A stretch of 64,000 nucleotides of DNA from Bauldia sp. Its GTDB lineage: Bacteria; Pseudomonadota; Alphaproteobacteria; Rhizobiales; Kaistiaceae. This document shows, piece after piece, positions 51,400 through 62,153 of this stretch (the first letter of the stretch is position 1; the number at the start of each line of letters is the position of its first letter). The stretch covers positions 1,422 to 65,421 of the forward strand of contig JALHRF010000004.1 in assembly GCA_022841545.1 (NCBI GenBank). The letters are read 5' to 3'. A program made the translations under genes and the position numbers. The notes under the pieces are model-generated. The model worked only from the letters and a program-made list of their open reading frames with translations, was not told the DNA's origin and made no database searches.

Positions 51400-51995
51400 T
51401 CCCCGCCGAGGCGCTTCTCGGCGGCTTCGCGGACCCGGTCTTCGAGTCGCAGTCGGTGTTTCGCGGCGTGCTGACCGCGTTGTCGCGGCCCGGCCACATC
51501 GTCGACCTCGTCGTGCCCCTCTCTCCACCGTCGCCGCTCGTCGCCGGGGCCGGGGCGGTCGTCGGCGCGCTCGTCGACGGCACCACGCCGATTTGGCTCG
51601 ACGCCATCCTTGCCGCCGGCGCCGCCCCCGCCTGGGTGGGATTTCACACCGGCGCGCCGATCGTTTCGGATTCGGAAAAAGCGGCCTTCGCGCTCATTGG
51701 CGATGCGCTCGCCATGCCCGACTTCAGTGCCTTCGCCCAGGGCAGCGCGGAATATCCCGACCGGTCCGTCACCCTGATCGTCCAGGTCGACAGCCTCGAG
51801 GGCGGACCGGGCCTCGTCCTCAAGGGCCCTGGAATAAGAGACCTGGCCCACATTTCCCCACATCCTCTGCCGGTCGATTTCGTCGCCCGGATGCGGGTGA
51901 ACCGCGCCCTCTTCCCGCGCGGCATCGACGTCGTCCTCGTTGCCGGCCGCCGCATCCTCGGCCTGCCCCGCACGACCCGCGTGGAGGCCGCCTGA
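51396..51995 (+). CDS. phnH: C-P lyase system protein PhnH
   Basis: GFADPV..Q..FR..L..PG, FHTGAP, G..EYPDRS, GPGI, FPRGID, LPRTT. Confidence 0.95.
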   Translation: MIPAEALLGGFADPVFESQSVFRGVLTALSRPGHIVDLVVPLSPPSPLVAGAGAVVGALVDGTTPIWLDAILAAGAAPAWVGFHTGAPIVSDSEKAAFALIGDALAMPDFSAFAQGSAEYPDRSVTLIVQVDSLEGGPGLVLKGPGIRDLAHISPHPLPVDFVARMRVNRALFPRGIDVVLVAGRRILGLPRTTRVEAA

Positions 51996-53095
51996 TGTAT
52001 GTCTCGGTCAAGGGCGGCGAGACCGCAATTCGCAATGCCCATCGGCTCCTTGCAGAGAAGCGCCGGGGCGATGTTTCGGTTCCGGAACTCTCCACGGAAC
52101 AGATCTCCGAACAGCTAACCCTCGCCGTCGACCGGGTCATGGCGGAGGGGTCGCTCTATGACCGCGGCCTCGCCGCCCTCGCGCTCAAGCAGGCCCGCGG
52201 CGACCTGATCGAGGCGATCTTCCTCGTCCGCGCCTACCGCGCCACCTTGCCCCGCTTCGGCTACGCCGTTTCCCTCGCCACCGAAACGATGCTCATCGAG
52301 CGTCGAATCTCGGCGACTTTCAAGGACTTGCCGGGCGGTCAACTCCTCGGTCCGACCTTCGACTATACGCACCGCCTGCTCGAACCGGAGACCTCCGCGG
52401 CGGCTGCGCCCAGGTCGGCGGTGGAGGCCGATGCGCAGAACGGGCCGGTGCCCCGCGTCACGGATCTCCTCGGTCAGGACGGCCTGATCGAACCGGACGC
52501 CGCCGCTCCCGGCGGCGCCGTGGGCGATCTCACCCGCGAACCCCTCTCGTTTCCGGCCGACCGCGACCTCCGCCTCCAGGCCCTCGCCCGCGGCGATGAG
52601 GGCTTCCTCCTCGCCCTCGCCTACTCGACCCAGCGGGGCTATGCGCGCACGCATCCTTTCGCAGGCGAAATCAGAATGGGGGAAGTGGAACTGGAGTTCG
52701 ATGTCCCGGAGCTGGGCTTCGCGGTGGTGCTCGGGCGCATCACGGTGACCGAGTGCCAGATGGTCAATCAGTTCAAGGGAAGCGCCGACACGCCACCCCA
52801 GTTCACCCGTGGCTACGGCCTGGTGTTCGGCCATTGCGAGCGGAAGGCGATGGCCATGGCGCTGTGCGACCGGGCGCTCAGGGCTCGCGAACTGGGCGAG
52901 GAACTGACGGCGCCGGCGCAGGATGAAGAGTTCGTCATTTCTCATAGCGACAATGTGCAGGCGACGGGCTTCGTCGAGCACCTCAAGCTGCCCCACTATG
53001 TCGATTTCCAGGCCGAGCTGCTGCTGTTGAGGCAGCTTCGGGCAGAGCACGAGGCGCGAAATCGTGGGGTGGAGACGCGGGAGGCGGCCGAGTGA
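51995..53095 (+). CDS. phnI: C-P lyase complex subunit PhnI
   Basis: MYVSVKGGE, RRISATFKDLPGGQ, YSTQRGY, HPFAGEIR, HLKLPHYVDFQ. Confidence 0.96.
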   Translation: MYVSVKGGETAIRNAHRLLAEKRRGDVSVPELSTEQISEQLTLAVDRVMAEGSLYDRGLAALALKQARGDLIEAIFLVRAYRATLPRFGYAVSLATETMLIERRISATFKDLPGGQLLGPTFDYTHRLLEPETSAAAAPRSAVEADAQNGPVPRVTDLLGQDGLIEPDAAAPGGAVGDLTREPLSFPADRDLRLQALARGDEGFLLALAYSTQRGYARTHPFAGEIRMGEVELEFDVPELGFAVVLGRITVTECQMVNQFKGSADTPPQFTRGYGLVFGHCERKAMAMALCDRALRARELGEELTAPAQDEEFVISHSDNVQATGFVEHLKLPHYVDFQAELLLLRQLRAEHEARNRGVETREAAE

Positions 53096-53934
53096 CCACG
53101 CCCGCCTACAACTTCGCCTATCTCGACGAGCAGACCAAGCGGATGATCCGCCGCGCCATCCTCAAGGCGGTGGCGATCCCCGGCTACCAGGTGCCGTTTG
53201 CGAGCCGCGAGATGCCGATGCCCTATGGCTGGGGTACCGGCGGGGTGCAGGTCACCGCTGCCGTCATTGGTCCGGCCGATGTGCTGAAGGTGATCGACCA
53301 GGGCGCCGACGACACCACCAACGCGGTTTCGATCCGCGCCTTCTTCGCCAGGGTGGCACGCGTCGCCACGACGACGCGGACCAATGAGGCGACGATCATC
53401 CAGACCCGACACCGGATTCCTGAGACGCCGCTCCACGAAGACCAAATCCTCGTCTACCAGGTGCCGATCCCGGAACCGCTCCGCTTCCTCGAGCCCCGCG
53501 AGACCGAGACCCGGGCCCTGCACGCGCTCGAGGAATACGGGCTCGTGCACGTCAAGCTCTACGAGGACATCGCCCGCCACGGCCATATCGCCACCACCTA
53601 TGCCTACCCGGTCAAGGTCGAGGGCCGCTACGTCATGGACCCCTCGCCGATCCCGAAATTCGACAACCCGAAGATGGACGATTCGCCGGCGCTCCAGCTC
53701 TTCGGCGCGGGACGCGAGAAACGCATCTACGCCATCCCGCCCTATACGTCCGTGGTGAGCCTCGACTTCGAGGACCACCCCTTCGAGGTGCAGAAATTCT
53801 CCGAGCCCTGCGCGCTCTGCGGCTCGACCGGAGTCTATCTCGATGAGGTGATCCTCGACGACCGGGGAGGACGGATGTTCGTCTGCTCCGACACCGATCA
53901 TTGCGAAACGCAGCGGGCGGGCAAGGCGGCATGA
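53092..53934 (+). CDS. phnJ: Alpha-D-ribose 1-methylphosphonate 5-phosphate C-P lyase PhnJ
   Basis: YNFAYLDEQTKRMIRR, GWGTGG, CALCG..CSDTDHC. Confidence 0.97.
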   Translation: MTTPAYNFAYLDEQTKRMIRRAILKAVAIPGYQVPFASREMPMPYGWGTGGVQVTAAVIGPADVLKVIDQGADDTTNAVSIRAFFARVARVATTTRTNEATIIQTRHRIPETPLHEDQILVYQVPIPEPLRFLEPRETETRALHALEEYGLVHVKLYEDIARHGHIATTYAYPVKVEGRYVMDPSPIPKFDNPKMDDSPALQLFGAGREKRIYAIPPYTSVVSLDFEDHPFEVQKFSEPCALCGSTGVYLDEVILDDRGGRMFVCSDTDHCETQRAGKAA

Positions 53935-54707
53935 GCGAGGATCCCATCCTCATCGCCGATGGCGTGACCAAGCTCTACGGCGCCCGGACCGGCTGCCGCG
54001 AGGTCAGCTTCGAGCTCTGGCCTGGCGAGGTGCTGGCGGTGGTCGGCGAGTCCGGCTCTGGCAAGACGACGCTCCTCAACTGCCTCTCGGGCCGCCTCCG
54101 CCCCTCGACCGGCGCGATCCGCTACCGGATGCGCGACGATACGCTCCGCGATCTCTTCGGTCTCACCGAGGCCGAGCGCCGCCTGCTGATGCGCACGGAC
54201 TGGGGCTTCGTCCACCAGAACCCGGCCGACGGCCTTCGCATGACCGTCTCCGCCGGCGCCAATGTCGGCGAACGGCTGATGGCCATCGGCGACCGCCACT
54301 ACGGCCGCATCCGCGACACGGCGATGTCGTGGCTCGAGCGCGTCGAGGTCGCGACCGACCGCATCGACGAGGACCCGCGCAGCTACTCCGGCGGCATGCG
54401 CCAGCGCCTCCAGATCGCGCGGAACCTGGTCACCCGGCCGCGTCTCGTGTTCATGGACGAGCCGACCGGCGGCCTCGACGTCTCGGTCCAGGCGCGGCTC
54501 CTCGATCTTCTCCGCGGCCTCGTCGCCGAGTTCCGGATGGCGGTGGTCATCGTCACCCACGATCTCGCCGTCGCACGCCTCCTCTCCGACCGGATGATGG
54601 TGATGAAGGACGGGCGGGTGGTGGAGTCGGGGCTCACCGACCGCGTCCTCGACGACCCGCACGCGCCCTACACCCAGCTCCTCGTCTCCTCGATCCTGCA
54701 GGTGTGA
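53931..54707 (+). CDS. phnK: C-P lyase ATPase PhnK
   Basis: [41 protein letters not shown]. Confidence 0.96.
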   Translation: MSEDPILIADGVTKLYGARTGCREVSFELWPGEVLAVVGESGSGKTTLLNCLSGRLRPSTGAIRYRMRDDTLRDLFGLTEAERRLLMRTDWGFVHQNPADGLRMTVSAGANVGERLMAIGDRHYGRIRDTAMSWLERVEVATDRIDEDPRSYSGGMRQRLQIARNLVTRPRLVFMDEPTGGLDVSVQARLLDLLRGLVAEFRMAVVIVTHDLAVARLLSDRMMVMKDGRVVESGLTDRVLDDPHAPYTQLLVSSILQV

Positions 54708-54709
54708 GC

Positions 54710-55414
54710 ATGACCACCCCGCGGCTTGCGCTTCGTGGCGTGTCGAAGACCTTCACCATGCATCTTCGCGACGGCGTCACTCTCCGCGTTCTCGACGGCG
54801 TGTCATTCACCGTCGCGCCCGGCGAGTGCGTCGTCCTCGGCGGACCGTCGGGTGCGGGGAAAAGCTCGATCCTCAAGATCGTCTACGGCAACTATGCCGC
54901 CGACAGCGGCGCGATCCTGCTCGACCGCAACGGCTCCGCCGTCGACATCGCCACGGCGACCCCGCGCGCGGTGCTCGCGGCCCGGCGCGCCACGATCGGC
55001 TATGTCAGCCAGTTCCTCCGTGTCGTGCCGCGGGTGCCTGCGCGCGACATCGTCGCCGAGCCGCTGAGCTCCCGCGGTGTCCCGCGCGAGGAGGCCCGTG
55101 CCCGCGCCGAGGCGCTGCTCGCGCGGCTCAACCTGCCGCGCCGTCTGTGGGACCTGCCGCCCGCCACCTTCTCCGGCGGCGAGCAGCAGCGCATCAACGT
55201 CGCCCGCGGCTTCATCGCCCGCTATCCGCTCCTCCTCCTCGACGAGCCCACCGCCTCGCTCGACGCGGCGAACCGCGCCGTCGTCGTCGACCTGATCCGC
55301 GAGGCCAAGGCGACCGGCGCGAGCTTTCTCGGCATCTTCCACGACGAGGCCGTCCGGAACGCCGTCGCCGACCGCGTCATCGACGTGACCGGCTTCGCCC
55401 CGGCCGCCGCATGA
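54710..55414 (+). CDS. phnL: C-P lyase ATPase PhnL
   Basis: [43 protein letters not shown]. Confidence 0.96.
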   Translation: MTTPRLALRGVSKTFTMHLRDGVTLRVLDGVSFTVAPGECVVLGGPSGAGKSSILKIVYGNYAADSGAILLDRNGSAVDIATATPRAVLAARRATIGYVSQFLRVVPRVPARDIVAEPLSSRGVPREEARARAEALLARLNLPRRLWDLPPATFSGGEQQRINVARGFIARYPLLLLDEPTASLDAANRAVVVDLIREAKATGASFLGIFHDEAVRNAVADRVIDVTGFAPAAA

Positions 55415-56034
55415 GCCCGACGCGGCTCGGCCCGTCGCCGCTGGTGGCGCCGGATGCCGAAGTGAGAGGCAGCACGCTCGGCGCCTATGTTGAGGTCGGT
55501 CCGCGCACCCGCATCAGCCATTCGACCTTCGGCGACTACAGCTACATCATGGAGGACGGGCAGGTCCTGTTCTCGACCGTCGGCAGGTTCTGCTCGATCG
55601 CCTCGAACGTGCGCATCCACGCACCCAACCACCCGACCTGGCGCGTCAGCCAGCATCACTTCACCTACCGCTCCGACGATTACTTTGCCGGCGAAACCCG
55701 CGACAACGCCATCTTCGCCTGGCGGAAGGAGAATGCCGTCACCGTCGGACACGACGTCTGGATCGGCCACGGCGCGACCATTACCGCCGGGGTCGGCGTC
55801 GGCACCGGCGCGGTGATCGCCGCGGGCGCGGTCGTGACCAAGGCGGTCGCGCCCTACACGATCGTCGGCGGCGTGCCGGCGAAGCCGATCCGCATGCGCT
55901 TCCCGGAGCAGATCGCGGAGCGGCTCCAGGCGCTCGCCTGGTGGGACTGGCCGCACGGGAGGCTGCAAGCCGCCCTCGCGGACTTCCGCGACCTGCCGGT
56001 GGAAGCCTTCATCGAGAAGCACGAGGCGGCGTAG
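55411..56034 (+). CDS. Hexapeptide-repeat acetyltransferase associated with phosphonate metabolism
   Basis: [38 protein letters not shown]. Confidence 0.9.
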   Translation: MSPTRLGPSPLVAPDAEVRGSTLGAYVEVGPRTRISHSTFGDYSYIMEDGQVLFSTVGRFCSIASNVRIHAPNHPTWRVSQHHFTYRSDDYFAGETRDNAIFAWRKENAVTVGHDVWIGHGATITAGVGVGTGAVIAAGAVVTKAVAPYTIVGGVPAKPIRMRFPEQIAERLQALAWWDWPHGRLQAALADFRDLPVEAFIEKHEAA

Positions 56035-56041
56035 GACGCGG

Positions 56042-56458
56042 CTACCGCCCCTTCGCCATCTGCTGTTCGAGTTCGCGATGGTGCGCAATCGCCGGGCTCT
56101 CGCCGAAATCCTCGAGCTCGAACATCTGGCGGATCTCGATCTCGCCGCCGTCCGTGTGCGGGTTCGGCACCCGCATCATCCATTCGATCGCCTCTTCCCT
56201 GGACTTCACCTCGATGATCCAGTAGCCGGCGATCAGCTCCTTGGTCTCGGTGAACGGGCCGTCGATCAGCGTCCGCTTGTCGCGGTCGAACCGGATGCGG
56301 GCGCCCTTCGCGCTCGGGTGCAGGCCATTGCCGTCGCGCATGATGCCGGCCTTGACCATCTCCTCGTTGAACGCCGCCATCGCCCCGAGCATCTCCTCCG
56401 ACGGCATGATGCCGGCCTCGGAATCCTTGTTCGCCTTCACCAGCACCATGAAGCGCAC
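56042..56458 (-). CDS. YciI/DGPF-domain protein
   Basis: DGPFTETKELIAGYW motif; AGGAG RBS before GTG. Confidence 0.9.
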   Translation of the reverse strand: MRFMVLVKANKDSEAGIMPSEEMLGAMAAFNEEMVKAGIMRDGNGLHPSAKGARIRFDRDKRTLIDGPFTETKELIAGYWIIEVKSREEAIEWMMRVPNPHTDGGEIEIRQMFELEDFGESPAIAHHRELEQQMAKGR

Positions 56459-56565
56459 GTCACATCTCCTCGGTTTCGCGGCGCGGTCTGTCCCCGCCTT
56501 CGATGACACGACGAACGCGATTGCGCGGATTCGACGTTGTCTTGCGACATGTTGACATCAAAGCC

Positions 56566-56668
56566 CCGTCACCCCGGCGAAAGCCGGGGCCCATCGCGAA
56601 CCTCGAAGTCTGCGCCTCAAGCAGGCGCAACCGGCGGTGATCGATTCCGGCTTTCGCCGGAATGAGGG
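56566..56668. repeat. REP-like inverted pair
   Basis: CCGTCACCCCGGCGAAAGCCGGGGCCCATC ... GATCGATTCCGGCTTTCGCCGGAATGAGGG. Confidence 0.75.
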
Positions 56669-56720
56669 AGACGAGCCGTCGCTGGACGAGTCCGAGTGCC
56701 GGCGATGCCCGCGCCTCCAC

Positions 56721-57500
56721 CTACCCCGGCTTCCGCTTGTCGATGAAGCCCTGGACGCCGTCGAGCGCGGCCTCGTCCATCATGTTGCAGGCCATCGCCT
56801 CGCCGGCGATGGCATAGGCCTCGACGATCCCGGCCTCGATCTGGCGGTAGAATTGAGCCTTGCCGATGGCGATCGTCACGCGCGGCTTGGCGACGATCTT
56901 CGCCACCAGCGCCTCGACCTCGGCGTCGAGCCCCTCGGGCGCCGCGACCCGGTTGATCAGGCCGCGGGCGCGGGCCTCCTCCGCGTCGATGAAGTCGCCG
57001 GTCAGCAGCATCTCCATCGCCTGTTTCCGCAGCACGTTTCGCGCGAGCGCCACGCTCGGCGTCGAGCAAAACAGGCCGTAGTTCACGCCGCTCACCGCGA
57101 ACCGCGCATCGCTCGAAGCGACGGCAAGGTCGCACTGCGCGACGAGTTGGCAGCCCGCCGCCGTGGCGATGCCGTGCACCCGCGCGATCACCGGCACCGG
57201 CAGCCGGAGGATCGCGAGCATCACCTCCGTGCAGGAGGAGAACAGGTCGCGGTAGTAGTCGAGGCTCGGGGTTGCCCGCATCTCCTTGAGATCGTGCCCC
57301 GCCGAGAAGGCCTTGCCCGCCGCGGCGAGCACCACGACCCGGGCGGTCTCGTCCCGGGCGACCGCGGAGAGCTCCACGTGCAGTGCGGCGAGCATCGCCT
57401 CGGACAGGGCATTCATCGCCCGCGGCCGGTTGAGCGTGAGCGTGACCACGCCGCGCGCATCGCGCGTCGCGAGCACCAGTCGATCTTCGCCGTCGGCCAT
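56721..57500 (-). CDS. Enoyl-CoA hydratase family protein
   Basis: LNRPRAMNAL, FSAGHDL, ATAAGCQLVA.CDL, GLFCSTP. Confidence 0.92.
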   Translation of the reverse strand: MADGEDRLVLATRDARGVVTLTLNRPRAMNALSEAMLAALHVELSAVARDETARVVVLAAAGKAFSAGHDLKEMRATPSLDYYRDLFSSCTEVMLAILRLPVPVIARVHGIATAAGCQLVAQCDLAVASSDARFAVSGVNYGLFCSTPSVALARNVLRKQAMEMLLTGDFIDAEEARARGLINRVAAPEGLDAEVEALVAKIVAKPRVTIAIGKAQFYRQIEAGIVEAYAIAGEAMACNMMDEAALDGVQGFIDKRKPG

Positions 57501-57517
57501 GCTGCGTTCCCTTCCCC

Positions 57518-59167
57518 TCACGCGATCGCGCTGGCGGATTTCGCCAGCGCACGGAGCTGGTATTTCTGGATCTTGCCGGTCGCCGTCCTGGGGATCGTCT
57601 CGAACCGCACGTCGCGCGGCACCTTGTATCCCGCGAGGATGCCGCGGCAATGGGCGACCAGCTCGTCGGCGCTTGCCGAGGCCCCCGGCTTCAGTTCGAC
57701 GAAGGCGAGTGGCGCCTCCCCCCATTTCGCATCGGGCTTCGCCACCACCGCGCAGACCGCGACCGCAGGGTGCCGGTAGAGCGCGTCCTCGACCTCGAGC
57801 GAGGAGATGTTCTCGCCGCCGGAGATGATGATGTCCTTGCTGCGGTCCCTGATCTTCATGTAGCGGTCGGGCTCCATCACCGCGAGGTCGCCGGTATGGA
57901 ACCAGCCGCCCTCGAAGGCCTTCGCCGTCGCGGTCGGGTTCTTGAGGTAGCCCTTCATCGTGATGTTGCCGCGGAACATGATCTCGCCCATCGTCGCGCC
58001 GTCGGCGGGGGTCGCGGCCATGGTGTCGGGGTCGAGCACCGTCATCCCGTCCTCGAGCACGTAGCGCACGCCCTGGCGGCCGTTGAGCCGCACCTGCTCC
58101 GAGAGCGGCTCGTCCTCCCAGCCCGGCCGCTTCACGCAGACCGAGGCCGGGCCGTAGACCTCCGTCAGCCCATAGACGTGGGTGACGTCGATGCCGATCT
58201 TCGCCATGCCCTCGATCATCGCCGCCGAAGGCGCCGCTGCGGCGACCATGGCGCGGACCCGGTGGCCGATGCCCTCGCGGAGCTCCGGCGGCGCGTTGAT
58301 CAGCATGGTGTGGACGATCGGCGCGCCGCAATAGTGGTCGGCCTTGTGGTCGCGGAACGCGGCGAGGATCGCCGCCGCCTCGACCCGGCGGAGGCAGACA
58401 TGGGTGCCGCCGAGCATCGCCACGGTCCACGGGAAGCACCAGCCGCTGCAGTGAAACATCGGCAGCGTCCAGAGATAGACGGCGAAGTTCGGCATGGTCC
58501 AGGTGACGGCGTTGCACACGGCGTTGAGATAGGCGCCGCGGTGATGGGTGACGACGCCCTTGGGGTCGCCCGTCGTGCCCGAGGTGTAGCTGACGGCGAT
58601 CGCGTCCCACTCGTCGGCCGGTCCCTCAAGCGTCGCGAGCGGCGCGTGGGCGGCGAGGAGCGACTCGTATTCATGCGCGCCGAGACGGTCGCCTGGACCT
58701 GTATATTCACTGTCGCAGACGTCGATGACGATGAGCTCGCGGCCGTGCTCCTCGCGGAGGATGCGGAGCGACTCGGTCATGACAGGGGAGAATTCACGAT
58801 CGGTGATCAGCACCGACGCCTCGCAATGGTTCATCTGCCAGGCGAGGAGCCGGCCATCGAGCCGCGTGTTGTGGGCGTTGATGACGGCGCCGAGCGCGGG
58901 GATCGCGTAGTGCGCCTCAAGCATCTCCGGGGTGTTGGAGAGCATGACGCTGACGGCCGTGCCGCGGCCCACGCCGAGGGCGCGGAGCGCCGCCGCAAGC
59001 CGCGCCGAGCGATCGCGCGTCGCCGCCCAGTCATAGCGGCGCGCACCGTGGATCACCGCGGTCAGGTCGCCGAAGATCTCGCCGCTCCGCTCGACGAAGC
59101 TCACCGGCGTCAGCGGCGCGTAATTGGCGGCGTTCCGCTCCAGCCCCTCGTCGAAAATCCCGGGCAT
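57518..59167 (-). CDS. Acyl-CoA synthetase (AMP-forming)
   Basis: YTSGTTGDPKG, YGLTE, GWFHTGD, DIIISGGENISS, TGKIQK. Confidence 0.93.
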   Translation of the reverse strand: MPGIFDEGLERNAANYAPLTPVSFVERSGEIFGDLTAVIHGARRYDWAATRDRSARLAAALRALGVGRGTAVSVMLSNTPEMLEAHYAIPALGAVINAHNTRLDGRLLAWQMNHCEASVLITDREFSPVMTESLRILREEHGRELIVIDVCDSEYTGPGDRLGAHEYESLLAAHAPLATLEGPADEWDAIAVSYTSGTTGDPKGVVTHHRGAYLNAVCNAVTWTMPNFAVYLWTLPMFHCSGWCFPWTVAMLGGTHVCLRRVEAAAILAAFRDHKADHYCGAPIVHTMLINAPPELREGIGHRVRAMVAAAAPSAAMIEGMAKIGIDVTHVYGLTEVYGPASVCVKRPGWEDEPLSEQVRLNGRQGVRYVLEDGMTVLDPDTMAATPADGATMGEIMFRGNITMKGYLKNPTATAKAFEGGWFHTGDLAVMEPDRYMKIRDRSKDIIISGGENISSLEVEDALYRHPAVAVCAVVAKPDAKWGEAPLAFVELKPGASASADELVAHCRGILAGYKVPRDVRFETIPRTATGKIQKYQLRALAKSASAIA

Positions 59168-59289
59168 GACCAGTTCCTCCCTCGCCGGCCGCGATATCCA
59201 CAGCCGGACGCTCCCATCGACCCATAGGGTATCGCCATAAATCCGAGCGCGGGCAAGCGTTTGGCGTCGCAGGCCAAAGCCGCCGGCCG

Positions 59290-59329
59290 CTGTCGTCAAA
59301 GCGTCACCGAAACGAGACGGAACGGTCAG
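59290..59329 (+). promoter_or_regulatory. Putative tandem PHO boxes upstream of phnC
   Basis: CTGTCGT-CAAA-GCGTCAC-CGAA-ACGAGAC-GGAA-CGGTCAG, 11-bp period with A-rich linkers. Confidence 0.6.
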
Positions 59330-59381
59330 AGAAGGCGGATAGCCATAGCGCACGACGATCACAGCAGCGGGGTGATGCGAC

Positions 59382-60230
59382 GTGACAGCCGTCATGGTCG
59401 AGAGGCTTTCCAAGCGCTTCGGCAGGAAGCTGGCGCTCGACGACGTCAGCCTCGTCATCGAGCCGGGCGAGATCGTGGCGCTGATCGGCGCCTCGGGCTC
59501 GGGCAAGTCGACGCTGATCCGCCATGTCGCCGGCCTCGAGCGCGGCACCGGCGAGGGCGGCAGCATCGCGGTCTTCGGCAGGAGCCTCCTCTCCGGCGGC
59601 CGGCTCTCCCGCGAGGCCCGCTCGATCCGCCGCCACGTCGGCGTCGTCTTCCAGCAGTTCAACCTCGTCGGCCGCCTCCCGGTCCTGACCAACGTGCTGG
59701 TCGGCGTGCTCGGGCGCATTCCCGGCTGGCGCGGCACGCTGGGCTGGTTCAACGCGGCGGAGAAGGCCGGCGCCATGCAGGCGCTGGCCCGCGTCGGCAT
59801 CGCCGAGACCGCCCGCCAGCGTTCCTCCACGCTCTCCGGCGGCCAGCAGCAGCGGGCGGCGATCGCCCGCGCGCTGGTCCAGGGGGCGAAGCTTCTCCTC
59901 GCCGACGAGCCGATCGCCTCGCTCGATCCGGCCTCGGCCAAGCGGGTGATGGAGACGCTGGTCGAGATCAACCGCACCGACGGCATCACCGTCATGGTGT
60001 CGCTGCATCAGGTCGAGTACGCGCGTCGCTACTGCCCGCGCACCATCGCGCTTCGCGACGGCGTCGTCGCCTATGACGGCCCGTCGACGGCGCTGACGCC
60101 GGCCTTCCTCCGCGATCTCTACGGCGAGGCCTCGGAGGAGCTGATCCTTCCCGAAGGCGATTTCGTCGACCCGCCTCCGCCGCGCCCGGTCCGCCGGCCG
60201 CTCGCGGAACCTGCGCTCGCCACGATCTGA
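59382..60230 (+). CDS. phnC: Phosphonate ABC transporter ATP-binding protein
   Basis: [45 protein letters not shown]. Confidence 0.94.
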   Translation: MTAVMVERLSKRFGRKLALDDVSLVIEPGEIVALIGASGSGKSTLIRHVAGLERGTGEGGSIAVFGRSLLSGGRLSREARSIRRHVGVVFQQFNLVGRLPVLTNVLVGVLGRIPGWRGTLGWFNAAEKAGAMQALARVGIAETARQRSSTLSGGQQQRAAIARALVQGAKLLLADEPIASLDPASAKRVMETLVEINRTDGITVMVSLHQVEYARRYCPRTIALRDGVVAYDGPSTALTPAFLRDLYGEASEELILPEGDFVDPPPPRPVRRPLAEPALATI

Positions 60231-60271
60231 AACCACCGGCCCTCCCGGCCGGCTTACAGGAGGCACTGCCA

Positions 60272-61270
60272 ATGAACATGCTCCTCAGGACCGTCGCCGC
60301 CGCCGCCATCACGGCGTCGCTCACGACCGTCGCGCTCGCCGAGACGACCGAACTGAACTTCGGCATCATCTCGACCGAGTCGCAGCAGAACCTGAAGACC
60401 ACCTGGGAGCCCTTCCTCGCCGCGATGGAGGAGGAGACCGGCATCAAGGTCAACGCCTTCTTCGCCTCCGACTATGCCGGCGTCATCGAGGGCATGCGCT
60501 TCGACAAGGTGCAGGTCGCCTGGTACGGCAACAAGTCGGCGATGGAAGCGGTCGACCGCGCCGACGGCGAGGTCTTCGTCCAGACCGTCGACGTCGAGGG
60601 CAACCCCGGCTACTGGTCGCTGCTCGTCACCCATGTCGACAGCCCGCTCAATTCGCTCGAAGACGTGATCAAGTGCGACCAGACGCTCAACTTCGGCATG
60701 GGCGACCCGAACTCGACCTCGGGCTTCCTGGTGCCGATGACCTTCATCTTCGCCCAGAACGGCATCGACCCGAAGCAGTGCTTCAAGACGATGACCAACG
60801 CCAACCACGAGACCAACCTGCTCGCCGCCGTCAACAAGCAGGTCGACGTCGCCACCAACAACACCGAGAATCTGCGCCGCTTGGAGACGACCAATCCTGA
60901 GGCAGCCGCCAAGGTTAAGATCATCTGGCAGTCGCCGCTGATCCCGTCCGACCCGATCGTGTGGAACAAGAACCTCGACCAGGCGACCAAGGACAAGCTC
61001 CTCGCCTTCTTCGTCTCGTACGGCCGGATGGGCACGCCGGAGGAGGTCGAGAAGGCCCGCGGCATCCTGACCGCGCTCGGCTGGGCGCCGTTCCGCCCGT
61101 CGTCGGACGCGCAGCTCTACCCGATCCGGATCATGGAGCTCACCAAGGAGCAGTTCCAGGTCGAGGCCGACGAGAGCCTCTCGGCCGAGGACAAGGCCGC
61201 CAAGCTCAAGGAGCTCACCGACCAGAAGGCCGAGTACGAAGCCCTGATGGCCAAGGTCCCGCAGGCCTAG
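60272..61270 (+). CDS. phnD: Phosphonate ABC transporter binding protein
   Basis: FGIISTES, FFASDYAG, WYGNKS, GDPNSTSG..P, NHE, ATNNTE. Confidence 0.95.
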   Translation: MNMLLRTVAAAAITASLTTVALAETTELNFGIISTESQQNLKTTWEPFLAAMEEETGIKVNAFFASDYAGVIEGMRFDKVQVAWYGNKSAMEAVDRADGEVFVQTVDVEGNPGYWSLLVTHVDSPLNSLEDVIKCDQTLNFGMGDPNSTSGFLVPMTFIFAQNGIDPKQCFKTMTNANHETNLLAAVNKQVDVATNNTENLRRLETTNPEAAAKVKIIWQSPLIPSDPIVWNKNLDQATKDKLLAFFVSYGRMGTPEEVEKARGILTALGWAPFRPSSDAQLYPIRIMELTKEQFQVEADESLSAEDKAAKLKELTDQKAEYEALMAKVPQA

Positions 61271-61323
61271 CCTGACCTGATTGCGGGCGGCGCCGCGCGC
61301 GCCGCCCGTACATCCGCCCCCCC

Positions 61324-62124
61324 ATGAGCAGCGCCCCATCCGCCGTCGCCGTCCCGCAAAGGGACTGGTCGCGGAGCATATTCAACCTCGTCGTCTGGGG
61401 CGGCCTCGTTGCGGCCCTCGTCTGGAGCTTCGCGCCGGCCGAGATGTACCGGTTCGTCGGCCTCTTCACCGACGCCGGCAACATGGCGGAATATGCGAGC
61501 GGCTTCCTCAGCCCGAATTTCAAGGACCTCGACTACTTCATCGAGGAGATGATCCTCACGCTGCAGATCGCCGTGTGGGGGACGACGCTGGCGGTGATCG
61601 CCTCGGTTCCCTTCGGCATCCTCAGCTCCAACAACATGGTGCCGTGGTGGGTCTACCAGCCGGTGCGCCGCCTGATGGACGCCTTCCGCGCGATCAACGA
61701 GCTGGTCTTCGCCGTCCTCTTCGTCGTCGCCGTCGGCCTCGGCCCCTTCGCCGGCGTGATGGCGCTCTTCATCCACACCACGGGCATCCTCGCCAAGCTC
61801 TTCTCCGAGGCGGTCGAGGCCATCGACCCCCGCCCGGTCGAAGGCATCCGCGCCACCGGCGCCAGCAAGCTGCAGGAGATCGTCTACGGCGTCATCCCGC
61901 AGGTCCTGCCGCTCTGGATGTCGTTCTCGCTCTACCGCTTCGAATCGAACGTCCGCGCCGCCACGGTCCTCGGCCTGGTCGGCGCCGGCGGCATCGGCCA
62001 GGTCATGTTCGAATCGATCCGCGGCTTCTACTACAGCGAGACCGCGGCGATCCTCATCGTCGTCGTCCTCACCGTGACGATCGTCGACCTCGTGTCACAA
62101 CAACTGCGCAAGCTGGTGATCTGA
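61324..62124 (+). CDS. phnE: Phosphonate ABC transporter permease
   Basis: [40 protein letters not shown]. Confidence 0.95.
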   Translation: MSSAPSAVAVPQRDWSRSIFNLVVWGGLVAALVWSFAPAEMYRFVGLFTDAGNMAEYASGFLSPNFKDLDYFIEEMILTLQIAVWGTTLAVIASVPFGILSSNNMVPWWVYQPVRRLMDAFRAINELVFAVLFVVAVGLGPFAGVMALFIHTTGILAKLFSEAVEAIDPRPVEGIRATGASKLQEIVYGVIPQVLPLWMSFSLYRFESNVRAATVLGLVGAGGIGQVMFESIRGFYYSETAAILIVVVLTVTIVDLVSQQLRKLVI

Positions 62125-62153
62125 CAGGTCCACGTCCGTCGCCTGCACCCACC

